From the NCBI GenBank assembly GCA_000708835.1, contig DF237128.1, forward strand, positions 95,907-159,906: a stretch of DNA of 64,000 nt, in the 5' to 3' direction. Numbering within the stretch: the stretch's first letter is position 1; each line of letters opens with the position of its first letter. Position numbers and translations under genes: made by a program. Under the pieces are notes generated by a model. It did no database searches. It saw nothing but the letters and a program-made list of their open reading frames with translations, and was not told where the DNA came from. Source of the DNA: Klebsormidium nitens (taxonomy: Eukaryota; Plantae; Klebsormidiophyceae). Shown here one piece after another: positions 11,840-23,399 of the stretch.

Positions 11840-14800
11840 ATGGCTTCTGAAAGAGAGCCCCTGGCTGAAACAGTTGGGCCTGTATTGAGGGATCATCCTG
11901 TCAATCCGTGTGTAGCAGAGGCTGCCATAGTACCCCAGTCTCGCCCGCTTGGCTTCCTGGAAGACCACAGAACTGCAGGACCCACACGCCCATACCCTCT
12001 GGGGGAAAGGTTTTACGGCCCCCCGCTGCTCTCCAGAATGAACTCCCCAGCAAGTATGGAAGCTGTAGGGGGGGTGGCTCAAGCGGCGACAGCGGGCCCT
12101 GAAACAGACCTGGTGAAAGGTCCTGCCAGCCCCCAGCCGGAGGTGCGTAGGCGGAAGTTCAAGCGGGCGCGTGTTGTGAAAGATATCAAGACAGTAGAGG
12201 TAGGGCCAGCTGGCAAGCAGGAGCAGGAGAACCCGTTGGAGAACGAGAGGGCAAAGATGAGCGCGAGTGTGCGGCGCTTTGTGGCGCGTGTGCAGGATGT
12301 CCAAGGTGGGTGGCATCTCCTGCTTGTGTTGCACCCCAGTACTTCGCTAAACTTGAGCAGCTTTGAGAGCCTTCCAGAGATGCAACAGTGCTGTGGCAGT
12401 TGACGGCTGAGTGTCTGCGTCAGTTCACAAGTCTGCTTCATGCACGAGGTACGAAGCCTCAAGGTAGGGGAGAAGGGGTTTTGAGGTTCCTGGTTGGCTA
12501 CTCGGGCTCTGGTAAGCGTTGACGTTTCCTGGCTGGACGAAGCTTAGACAATACAGAGCCAACAGAGGTTGCTTTCTGATTGCAGGTGACCGAAAGTTCT
12601 CAGAGTGGAAGGGGTCAGTGGTGGACTCGATTGTGGGGACGTTCCTGACACAGAATGTGTCCGATCACCTGTCCAGGCAAAGCCTTTTCTCGAATCCTTG
12701 AAGTATGTTACTAATTTGAACGTGCTCTGATTCGTGGTAGAAGTACAACAAAGTGAAAGGCCTTCAGTCGGCTGCCAAAGAGCTGCGTCGTTGCATACAG
12801 GTAACTCCAAGGAAAATAAGGACTTTGGGTTCCCTTTCCAGCTTTATGTAGCTTAGTTCTGAAAAGCAGATGCCTTCTTCCTGTTACCCAATCAGGCTGG
12901 TTATTATCCAGTACAAGAGATGTCTCTCGTTTCGAAGTGAACAATCCTTGGTGCTCTATCATCAACATGTTGCGCGTGCAATGACGTGATTTCTCTTTAT
13001 CCATCTTCTGACTACGTTGCCTAGCTCTGTTGCGGTGGTCCCCCTTCGCGTGACTGCTGACCAGGTTGTCGTCAATGCTTTCGGTGTCAGCCGACAGAGG
13101 GTTCAGCCCAGGCTTTTCTCCCTTGCAGTTCCGCTTACATGAATATTGCTGCACGCTGGCCAGTGTCTTCGGAGCAGCCCAGCGTCCACGATGGTTCTAA
13201 GGGGTCACCCCAGGGCGTCTGGGAACTTCGACCAGAAGCGGGCAGTGCTTTTGACGAAGTTCAAGGGGTTTCAAATCCGCAGCCAGCTGTTGACGCTGAG
13301 AGCGCGGGCGTTGCAGCTAGGCGAGCGGGGAATTCTGCCAGCCCTTTCGACGCTCTCTTCTCTCGTTGTCTTTTAGAAAGCGTTGGGGCTCCGGAGCCGT
13401 CAGCTCGCATTGCGGACGGGGCAGCGACGGTCACTCCGGCTTTGCATAATCAGAACGAGAAGCGGGACTTTTTTGAGCTCCGCACAGCTGGGAATGACGG
13501 GTCTTGGCAAGGGCGGTCGGGGGAAGAGTCGGGCTCGGAGCCTCAGGTTTGGAACATCGAAGAAGCAGGGGGAGTCATGGTGACGGGCTTGCCCGTCGGA
13601 TCCTCGTTTGGGCGAGGCACGTGTAATCCTGAGGACGTGCCACGTGGCAGAAAGCGGCTGCCCGTCTATGAGGACGGCGTCGATTGGGAGGGCGTCCGGG
13701 CGGCAAGCTTGGAGGACGTTGCGGACACAATCAAGGAGCGGGGCATGCACGTGATGCTGGCGCAGCGGTGAGTTGAACGAAGGAGGCAGAGCAAGTTTGA
13801 CACGAAGTTGGATACAATGTGTTCAAGGAGGAGAACTGATCGGACGAGGCAGCTCCCACCGACGTGCCTCGTCGACCACTGAACGAATCGGTAATTGGAA
13901 ACTTGTGGGGAAAAGTCGTGTCTTTGACCATCTTTCTGCTTCCCATATTCAGGTTCGTTTTCTGATCAGGGAATGGTTGTGTAAGATACTTCGCGCAAGT
14001 ACCTAGACTCAAAATGGCCCGCCTTTACTCGAGTACACCCTCTTCAGCCAGACAGCCAAGAGCCTTTTAACCCGCCCCATCCCTCTCGTGCAGGATCAAA
14101 TCGTTCCTGGACAAGGCAAAGGCCGAGCACGGCTGCCTCGATCTGGAGTGGCTGCGCGAGCGGCCGGCCGCGGAGGCGCGCGAGTACCTCAACGGCCTGC
14201 ACGGCCTAGGCATTAAGAGCACCGAGTGCATCCTGTTGCTCTGCTTGCACAAGCCCGCCTTCCCGGTGAGCCGGCCGTCGTTACCTTCGCTTTCTTTGTG
14301 GTGCTCTGAGGAAACAATACGAGTCCAAAAGGTTGAGAGGGTTGTCATCGCCTAAGTTGCTGCTTCTTTTCCGCTTTGGTCTTTAGCGAGCGTGGTCGAT
14401 TGCGGAACGAGCGTCGACATGAATTCTCAAGGGACGCAAAACCTCACGCTGTCTCTGTTCTCGCATACCCTTGCTGCCACATTCACTAAACCAGCACGAG
14501 CTCTTTCAACCATCCTTATCCTACTTCTCCGACGAACAAAGATGCATAGTCTCCGGATGATTCATCTGCTAGTCCTCTTACCGCCCGACAACACGAGCCA
14601 AAGCGCTTTTCTTTCCGGTTGATCCTCGCTTCTGGTCCGCTCTAAGGCTGGCGCTGAGCGTGCCCTTTCCCGTATGCAGGTGGACACCAACGTGGGCCGC
14701 ATCTGCGTGCGCCTGGGGTGGGTCCCCTTGGAGCCCCTCGACGAGGAGCTGCAGCTGCACCTGCTAGACCAGTGAGTGCCCGGGTGCCCCCCCCGGGCAG

Positions 14801-17800
14801 TCTGCCAAGTCCCAGCTTCTCAACAGAGCCAGGTATTTTTTGAAGTACGGCTCCAAGTCCCTGCTACTCTCGAGCGCGTCCGGCCTCAATCAGGGACAAC
14901 TGATCCAATTGCTTGCTTGTCATTTGTGAGAAGCACAAACCTCGATGTGTCTCTCCCTGTGCTTTTTGGCGAAAGGTGGATCTTTGTGGAGGTACATGGA
15001 CCTAGGTCCTAGTTGCTTTCGATCATTCCATTTAGTCATTGGGCATGACGAGTCACTTTTGCTAAGCGGACAGCCCTGACAATCAACAAAAGTACGCAGC
15101 AGAGAGGTGCAGTCCGGGCGATTGTCCGTCCACCCTTCTTGGATCTTATGCTCGCGGGTCTTGAGCAGGTACCCCATCCAGCAGCGGCTGCAGGAGTACC
15201 TGTGGCGGCGGCTGAGCCACCTAGATCAGCGGGAACTCTACGAGCTGCACTACCAGCTCATCACCTTCGGCAAGGTGGGAGCCGCCACGTGGCAACAGCC
15301 CACAAGCAGGGTACCCGTCCCAGCCACGAAAAGGTTGTTTGCACGTTGAAGGCAGGATTGTCCTGGAGCTGCGTTTGGGAACAGATCGGAGAGAGACGTT
15401 TTCTGACAGCTGTCATCCCGTTGCATTCTTGTTCTTAGGTGTTTTGCACGAAGCGGCAGCCCAACTGTTTGGCGTGCCCCATGCGAGATGAGTGCAAGCA
15501 CTATGCGAGCGCCAAGGCCCACAAGTGCGTGCCCTGACCCAGCTCCTATTATGTTCTGCCAGCATTTTTAAGCTGCAGCACCACGGACGTCTGATGCGTT
15601 TGAGGCATCAACAGTTGAAAGCCTTCGACCGGCTTTTTCGAGCACTTTCGTCGAAGTAGGTCACTTGACAGGAGGCTAGCAGCTCTTGAAGACGGCAGAG
15701 CCGTGCTCTTGAAGATCCGTCATCAAGTCTCCAAAACGGGGGAAATAGATTGCTCTTACCTCGGCCAAACAATCTGCTGCTTATCCTCATGACCATCTGT
15801 TGACCCCTCCTGTTGATGGATGCACAGGTTTTCGGCTGCTGTAAGCCTTCAGACCTGACGCCTTGTTTCCCTGTTTGGCAGGGAGCAAAAGCTGGCGCTG
15901 CCAGAAGCCAGCCCGCTTCCCGACCCGCGCACCCCGCCGCCAGTTTCCCCAAGCCCGTCCGCGCCCTCCCCTCCACCTCTTAAGAATCTCAAGGCACCGA
16001 CACCGAGATTCCAACCACACGGACTGGACAGACCACAATTTCCCACCCTGCAGCCAACGGAGCTCAGTCCACAGAAAGGCTACGAGCCCCATAACGTTGG
16101 CGAAGCAAGCGGGGAAGACGATCTCAGCCGCAACTGGGCCGTGCTGAGAGCAACCGGGGGCAGCCACCGGGCGTGGTACACGGAAGTCCGGGACACCGGG
16201 GCTCGGTTCCGACNNNNNNNNNNNNNNNNNNNNNNNNNNNNNNNNNNNNNNNNNNNNNNNNNNNNNNNNNNNNNNNNNNNNNNNNNNNNNNNNNNNNNNN
16301 NNNNNNNNNNNNNNNNNNNNNNNNNNNNNNNNNNNNNNNNNNNNNNNNNNNNNNNNNNNNNNNNNNNNNNNNNNNNNNNNNNNNNNNNNNNNNNNNNNNN
16401 NNNNNNNNNNNNNNNNNNNNNNNNNNNNNNNNNNNNNNNNNNNNNNNNNNNNNNNNNNNNNNNNNNNNNNNNNNNNNNNNNNNNNNNNNNNNNNNNNNNN
16501 NNNNNNNNNNNNNNNNNNNNNNNNNNNNNNNNNNNNNNNNNNNNNNNNNNNNNNNNNNNNNNNNNNNNNNNNNNNNNNNNNNNNNNNNNNNNNNNNNNNN
16601 NNNNNNNNNNNNNNNNNNNNNNNNNNNNNNNNNNNNNNNNNNNNNNNNNNNNNNNNNNNNNNNNNNNNNNNNNNNNNNNNNNNNNNNNNNNNNNNNNNNN
16701 NNNNGCCCGGACAAACGTCGGTCGGCAGCCTAGCGGCACCAGTCAGCGGTTTCGGAGAGGGAGATGCACGCACGGGGGCGCGCCAGTGCCCACAAGACTC
16801 CACCTCAGAACAGGGGTTGGCGCTCCTGAAGAAACTTCGTGAGATGGAGCCTGCGGTCTCGGCGTCGAGCCGGCTCCAGGCGAGAATCGTCCCAGATCCC
16901 GCAATTCTGGCCTTTGCATCCAACCTCCCCCCGCCCAAGCCGGCCAATATGTCGGGTGGAGAGCCTCCGGCGGGACCCGAGAAAGTGCCTTCTTTGAGGC
17001 CCTCCTTACGGGCACCGGCAGCCCCTCACCTACTGCCCCCGCTCGACAAACCGTCAAGCTTGCAGCTTTCTCAGGCAGGGAACCGCCTGGCCGATCTGCC
17101 CCGCTCGTTGACCACAGCCACAGTACGGGAGACTGCTCCACATACAGTGGTCGCCGCCGAGTTGCAACCTCGTCAGCTCAACAGCCCAGGAAAGATTCGT
17201 CAAGAGGAACGACCAGCGCTCACCGACCGCCCTGGTGCGGGCAGCCCCGGGAGCCATCTGGACAGCCCAGCTGTAGCGCACGCGCTGAGCAGACCTGTTG
17301 CGTGTGCAAAACCCAGCGGAGTTTCGCCACGCAGTGCTGCAGCGAGCGGCGGACCGTCGATTGACCGCCCGACAGGCCTCAAACGGTTTGCGGATCTTTC
17401 CATGGGCGCACAGCGGGCCCTCGTTGAGTTGGCGGTTGCGCTCTCGCAGCGTCAAGCCGTCGGCTTTTCTCCGCGCCTCAGTCCCCCCCCCTTGCCAGTC
17501 CCGATCGCCCCTACTTCGCCTCAGCCACAAACTCCCGGCAAAGGTCGCGGGCCAGCGCATGCGCAGGCCCTAGAAGGTCTCAAACGGGTCTGGAGCGCCC
17601 GTCTGACGGAGTTAGAAAAGGCGCCACTCCACAATGGCTCCGGGGGAACTGCTGTCAAAAACGCTTCGCCCAAATTGTCCGCTTTCAACGTCCCACCAAC
17701 CTCTTCCTCAAAGTCCAACTCAGTCAGTAAGATGACCCTGGAACAATCTACCGGGCAGGGACTTGCGAGTCCGTCCTTTTCGAGGGCGATCGTCCCCTAC

Positions 17801-20800
17801 CAAGGCTTTCCGTCCAACTCGCACCACGCTTCTCCAGTCAGCTCTCCGCTCCTGCACCCTTCTCTTTACGGCCAAGATCACCGCGCAGACCAGCCCAGCG
17901 TGACTGGGCTGCCGGACTTGAACATCCCTCTCAGTTTCCCCGACGAGGAGACCGCGCGGGGGCTGCGGGAGACCGTGAAGGGCGCGGCGCAGGACGCCCG
18001 GAAGCGGGGCATCGGCAGGAAGGTGCGCGTGCCCACCGTGTTCTGGGCGCTTCCTCTGAAGCGGCCCGAGAAGCTGCGCACGCTGCGCCACGCGGTGCGG
18101 CTGCCAGAGGACCACCCGCTGCTGCGGCAGGTGAGGAATGTCTAGGTAACGTTGAAAATGCTTTTTGGTGACTTGCTTTTCTTGCTACCGTCTGGGGACA
18201 GGGCAAAAACTCTTGTTCTGTTGGGTATGCTTACGACTTACTGTCGCGTAGTGCTAGAATGCGTTCTTCTGGGCAAAGTAGGGTTGCTCGATCCGCATCA
18301 ACCAAAAGCTTGCCCAGAACTGAGAAGGCGGTCTGTAACGGCTGCATATTGGGCACGTGCCTGTGCGACCCGAACTTCAAACCCAGATTGCTACTACAAG
18401 GTTTCGCTCTTGTATTGTGCAAACTGATCTCGTTTGGTTGATGTGCAGATTGGTTAAGGTCGATTGGTCGGTTGGTCCAAGCGTCATTTCTCGATACCCA
18501 ATCATACAAGCGGTCTGCATTGTCTTAAAATCTTGGGCGAAGAGAGACTTCCGTTTCTCGTCCTCCTTAGTCCTTCTAAGCCTGCTAATTCAAGTTGGAG
18601 GAAGATCGACTTCTGAAACTAGCAGGACCTCCCCAAAAGCATGACTCGAGAGGACAACTTGATTTCTTGCAGTTTGTAGATGAATCGAAGTCGTCAATCC
18701 GCAACGTGGTACCCTTGCAGTTTCAGCAACGGGAGGCAGACGACCCGTGCCCCTATTTCGCGGTCCTGTGGCCCGCCAGTCTCGACCCTGCATTCCCTAC
18801 GTTGTTGCCCGACCTCAACGAGATTCCACTAGAGTCCAGTGAAGCGGCCTCCGGCGACAGACAAACAGCCGGAGCCACGAAGGAGGTCCCCGAGCCTGTG
18901 TACCTGCAGGGCGGCCACCCAGCAGCAGACCTTGTTGTCTCGGACGTCAGCACGGTGCACGCGTTTCGGGAAGACGAAAGTCGGGGGGCAGATGTCTTTG
19001 AAACGCAGAGGCGACGCCAACTTGGCGCCACTCGGAGCTCGCTAGGGGTCGACACAGTGGCCTTGGCAGAACCTGCTGCTCCTTCACTACTCTGTCAAGA
19101 AAAGGAAGCCGGAGCCGGTCCTCTCAGTGCGGCCTTTTCGACCCGGCCTCCCACCGAGCTGTCGTTCAGAGAGCCCACGGCTGTCGATTCCAAGCCCAGC
19201 ATTCCCGTTACCCCTCCTGCGGAAGTCCCGAGCGAGATGACGTGTCACCATCTCATTGACACGGTACCAGAGGGGCGATGTGAGAGTTCAGGAGCAGCCC
19301 AGGTAGCTAGCGATGCCTTAGCGCTTACGGTACAGTCCGGGGTTGTAAGACGACCTCGGAGCGTGCGCGTGCGGTCAGGCCAGGGGGGCGGCTGGCGCAG
19401 CAACCTGAAGCCAGAGCCTTCTGGCACATGCCTTTTTCAAAGCGAGCCCCTTTTTTTGCCGCGAGAGATGAAGCAAGAAGCTGAGGAGACGCAACTGGTG
19501 ATCCAGACCCGCGGCGAGAAGAGGAGGTTGGCGGCGGCGACCACGGACGGGGACAAGTTGGCCCCAGACGGTGTGGTCAGGCTGGAGCGCATTCTGCTGG
19601 GGTCGCCCCGTAAGAGGCGGACCAGGGTTGCGTTTACGGAACCGGGGGTTGCAAGGCCGGACGCGAAAGAGAACGAGAGCGGGGGGTTCATTGAGCGTCA
19701 CGGAAGCGGGGCGGAACGGGAAGACAAACGGAAGGAACGAGCAGTTGTGGGGCAATCAGGGCGCCCGGCGGCATGCACGGTAAAGCAGGAGAGTAACGCG
19801 TCGGAGGTAGCCGATGAGGGGCGACACCGTGGGCCGGGAGAACGGAGCGAGAGGGATCAGCCGGCGGGCTGGCTGGTGCCGTTTAACAGGAGGTCGAGGG
19901 AGAGGACCCGGGCGATTTGCAAGTCGGGGGCCGCTGGAGACAAAGCTGCCAGTGGCGGTGCAGCGGGGGAGTGTGAGCACGGGGCGAAGAGGTTCCGAGC
20001 AGAGGTGCTTAATCTGTGGGAAGAACGGGGAGACGTTGCGACGGGAGACCACAAAACTGCTGGCCCCTGCGACGCGATAGACGCGAAGGGAAGCAAGGCA
20101 GCCAGGCAGCCCCCCTCCTTTGTGCCCGACTGCGAAGTCCGAGCCCTGGGTACTAGCGCTTGCCCAGCTGACGTTTCCGCAGCGGTGATCACCTACCGTG
20201 CCACGTGTCCCTCAGAGCAACCAATTGCTCAACTCGTCTCCACCCCTCCCCTTGACGGCACCTCCACTCCCGATGCCGCAGAGTGCGGCTTGGCAGCCCT
20301 TGACTGTCCCCCGCACGAAGGGGCGGCCTCAGCAACGGTCAAAGGTTTTCCGGATGCAACGGCACTTTACTCCGCGTCTCGACCTGCAATATCTCCAGAG
20401 ACGCCCTCCCTGTCCCGAGCAGCCAACAGCCCGCATCCCGCGGATGAAGCTTGCACCATCATGACCCCGGTCGCCTCCCAAGGGATCCCTCCTGACGTTC
20501 CTCCCCCTGCTGCCGACCTCATGCCGCCGTCGCCTCCGGTCAGCTGGCCGGCCACCCCGGAGAAGGTGCGGCCGGACAGGCCGCAAATGTCGCCGTCGCC
20601 TCCGACAGCGGGGACGGCAGCCCGTTCGGTTGATGGGCTTCAGGCAGTCCAGGACAGGACCCCGGGGGAGAGCACCGGGGAGAAAGCGCCGCCCGAGATG
20701 TCCGCGGCAAGCCCGTGCACGTGCAGCACGTGCTGCTGCAACGAGGGAGGCACGGTCTTCGTCACACTGCTGGTAAGCGTTTGGCAGGATCTCACATGAG

Positions 20801-21898
20801 CTGTCGGATGTGCTGGTCGCATCAAACTGCTTCAGATGCTCCCTGGAGTGTCACAGCACAGCGGAGACTCTTCTTTCGTCCATCTGCGGAATGACAAGAC
20901 GCCAATCAATTTGATTCGAGAACCTGAGGCTAGTTTAGGCTATGCAGTCCGCTAAAAAGAACCTGAGGGCTGCGCATTTGACGCCATTTTGCGCCACTCA
21001 TCAGCCTCCTTGATAGTCAGTGCTACCAAAAGGTCGCAATCCGCAAGCGACCTCCCCTTTGGCGCAGGTGCCGTGCCGCACGGCCATGTCCGGGCGCTTC
21101 CCCCTCAACGGCACCTACTTCCAGACTAACGAGCTCTTTGCGGACCACGCCACGTCGCAGCGCCCCCTCGCTGCGCCCGCGGCCGACTTTGCGGGCCTGC
21201 CGCGCAGTACGGTCCTGTTCGGGACAGGCGCCACCAACATGTTCAAGGCGGCCTCGCTGGAGGCCGTCAGAGAGGTCTTCCAGCACGGTGAGCGGAACCC
21301 TCGACTAGAATGGCGGCTGTTTCCCGTTCGCTTTGCTTCTGAATCTCTTCGGTTCCACAATCCGCTTAACCATGAGCGAAAATTGCTTCGTCGTTGCTGG
21401 TGTGCCTATGCCAAGTTGCATTAACGATTGACCGGTGCTTCGAGCGGTCCCTGGATAATGCGAGTTCCCGGGTAATCAGGCTCCCTTATTTTCGCTGCAC
21501 ACAGAAATAGATGAGCCGCTTCGAAGTATCCCTAATACGTGAGTGACTGCGAAGCACAAATCGGCCCCCATCAGTTGCATCATGGTACGCGGTACCATGA
21601 TGCAGGAGGAGTGGCGCTGCCTTGAAGTCGTCATGTCTACCGTTGAAAGCGTATACTTGACGAATGGATCGCTGGGGTCAGCAAAAGAGAACTAAATAAA
21701 GACGTCTGTTGTACCTTCTCAAAGCTGGCAAACACTTGTGAGGTGTATTGTTGGAAACGACATGAAGACCAGTGACGGGCACTAACACCCTTCGCAATTG
21801 CAGGATACATTTGTGTGCGGGGCTTTGACGTCAAGAGACGCACGCCCAAGCCTCTGTCGACCAGATTGCACGCCGGCACAAGTGTCAAGAAGAAATGA
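11840..21898 (+). CDS. DML: DEMETER/ROS1-family 5-methylcytosine DNA glycosylase/lyase, about 2,090 aa; exons 11840-12305, 12586-12676, 13129-13767, 14094-14265, 14680-14771, 15169-15274, 15439-15524, 15882-18130 (contains N gap), 18721-20772, 21068-21287, 21804-21898
   Basis: Domain A (FVARVQDVQGDRKFSEWKGSVVDSIVGTFLTQNVSDHLSSSAYM), HhH GLGIKS with catalytic Lys, FPVDTNVGRI with catalytic Asp, FeS motif CTKRQPNCLACPMRDEC, and C-terminal LRT...HPLL, DDPCPY, VPCRTAMSGRFPLNGTYFQTNELFADH and GYICVRGFD. The start codon is less certain than the rest. Confidence 0.95.
16214..16704. other. Assembly gap (491 N) inside the DML coding region
   Basis: Run of N. The reading frame is open on both sides but in different frames, so the gap length is approximate or hides an intron. 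Confidence 0.98.
21576..21604. repeat. Perfect 13-bp inverted repeat with 3-nt loop in the last DML intron
   Basis: TGCATCATGGTAC-GCG-GTACCATGATGCA. Confidence 0.9.
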
Positions 21899-23399
21899 AA
21901 TGAGCGAGTGTATTATAGAAGAGTCGTTTCCGACTCTGTGATTAAATGGTCTATTTGTTCAGGGCTCCTCAACCCATCGAAAGACTGCACATTAAGGTTA
22001 GGAATGTGCACGGTAGTGTACTGTAGCATACGGGCTGGTTTTGACACCACCTTCGAGAAGACAGTAGGTCTGTACAGTGTGTGTTACATAAGCCTTGAAG
22101 CAGATGAAACCGTAGAACAGTCAAGGACGTGGACTCGTCGGTAGGTGCATCGACATTTTAACGGAGTTAGTCAACAGACGAAGTATCAATAGCACGGGCC
22201 AATCATGATAGCACGAAAAGTTGGGCACACACAACAGCTGTAAGGACCAAGACCACTTCCATGTCGAGTAGATTTTCATCTGGGGTACTTAGCTCCTCAG
22301 GTAGCAGTATAAGTTAGAGATTCGTGGATGCTGCAATAGGTACGAGGATACGGAGACAAGTACGGTGCATCATTGTGCGACAGACTCAAGCTAGCTAGAG
22401 CGTTTGTACGTCTGCATTGTCGGGATCACAGATGATATGATATGCCGTATGAGTGACATGTAATTACGTATATGTTTTTCACTTTCACCGTCCAATCAAG
22501 GCACTTCGACTGTGCACCGACATGATATCGCACCGAGTGACCCATGACCACATTCTCAGAATTACAACTCTTGACTCGTTCAGAACATATATGACGAATG
22601 GAGCGGGCGGCCACCCGGGGTGAGCTTCCGAGGTTGGGGGCGCCCCTGCAAAAGTAGCTAGGACCATAATAATCGCAATGCATGGTGAATATTGCACGCA
22701 GGCTGTGTACTAAAAGAAACTCATAAAAGACCTGAGAGAAAACTAAATTGAACAGGGCGCTGCTACGTGTCATGCCGTACGTGCAAGCACAGGAGAATGC
22801 TGCACGTACTTGAACCGCGATAATTCTCGATATCAAGATGCATACGTTACGATCAACGCAATGATCATTATCATCAGAGATCAACATTGAAAGTTAAGTT
22901 GGATCGACCCTTGATTCCTAGCGCAGAATTAGTTAGGGCCGCAGCTGCGCGGCGCGGCGGCACTGGATTTTAACTTTTGCATTGGCATGATGCACAAATT
23001 GCTGAATATAGCGGCCGCCGGGCCGCATATTGCCCTGCATAATTCGACATATGGGCCAGACTCGGCTCAGATTCCAATATACAACATGATTGAGCGTCCA
23101 TATGTGCCCATCATTCCGCCTCATTGCCAATCACATGGACCGTCGGAATCATAAGTGAGCCGGCGCGTCGCTGGATGGAAGTGCTATCCAAAGATGAGCA
23201 GTATATAAAATTAACCAGCATTGTCGGTGCCTCTCTTTCTAGCTGACGTCCTCAAATTTGATCGTCTCTTTCGACTCATGTACGAGTCAGACTGCCCGCA
23301 ATCGCGTAGATAATACGTAAGAAAGTCCTGGGCGCAGCGCTTGTGCCCATGATTCATGTTCCACAACAGGGGAAAGTCCTGGCATTGCATGCCTCGAAG

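Noticed and set aside
15787-16947. Long ORFs spanning the N runs (also 59071-60215)
   Set aside because: Artefacts of translating N as X.
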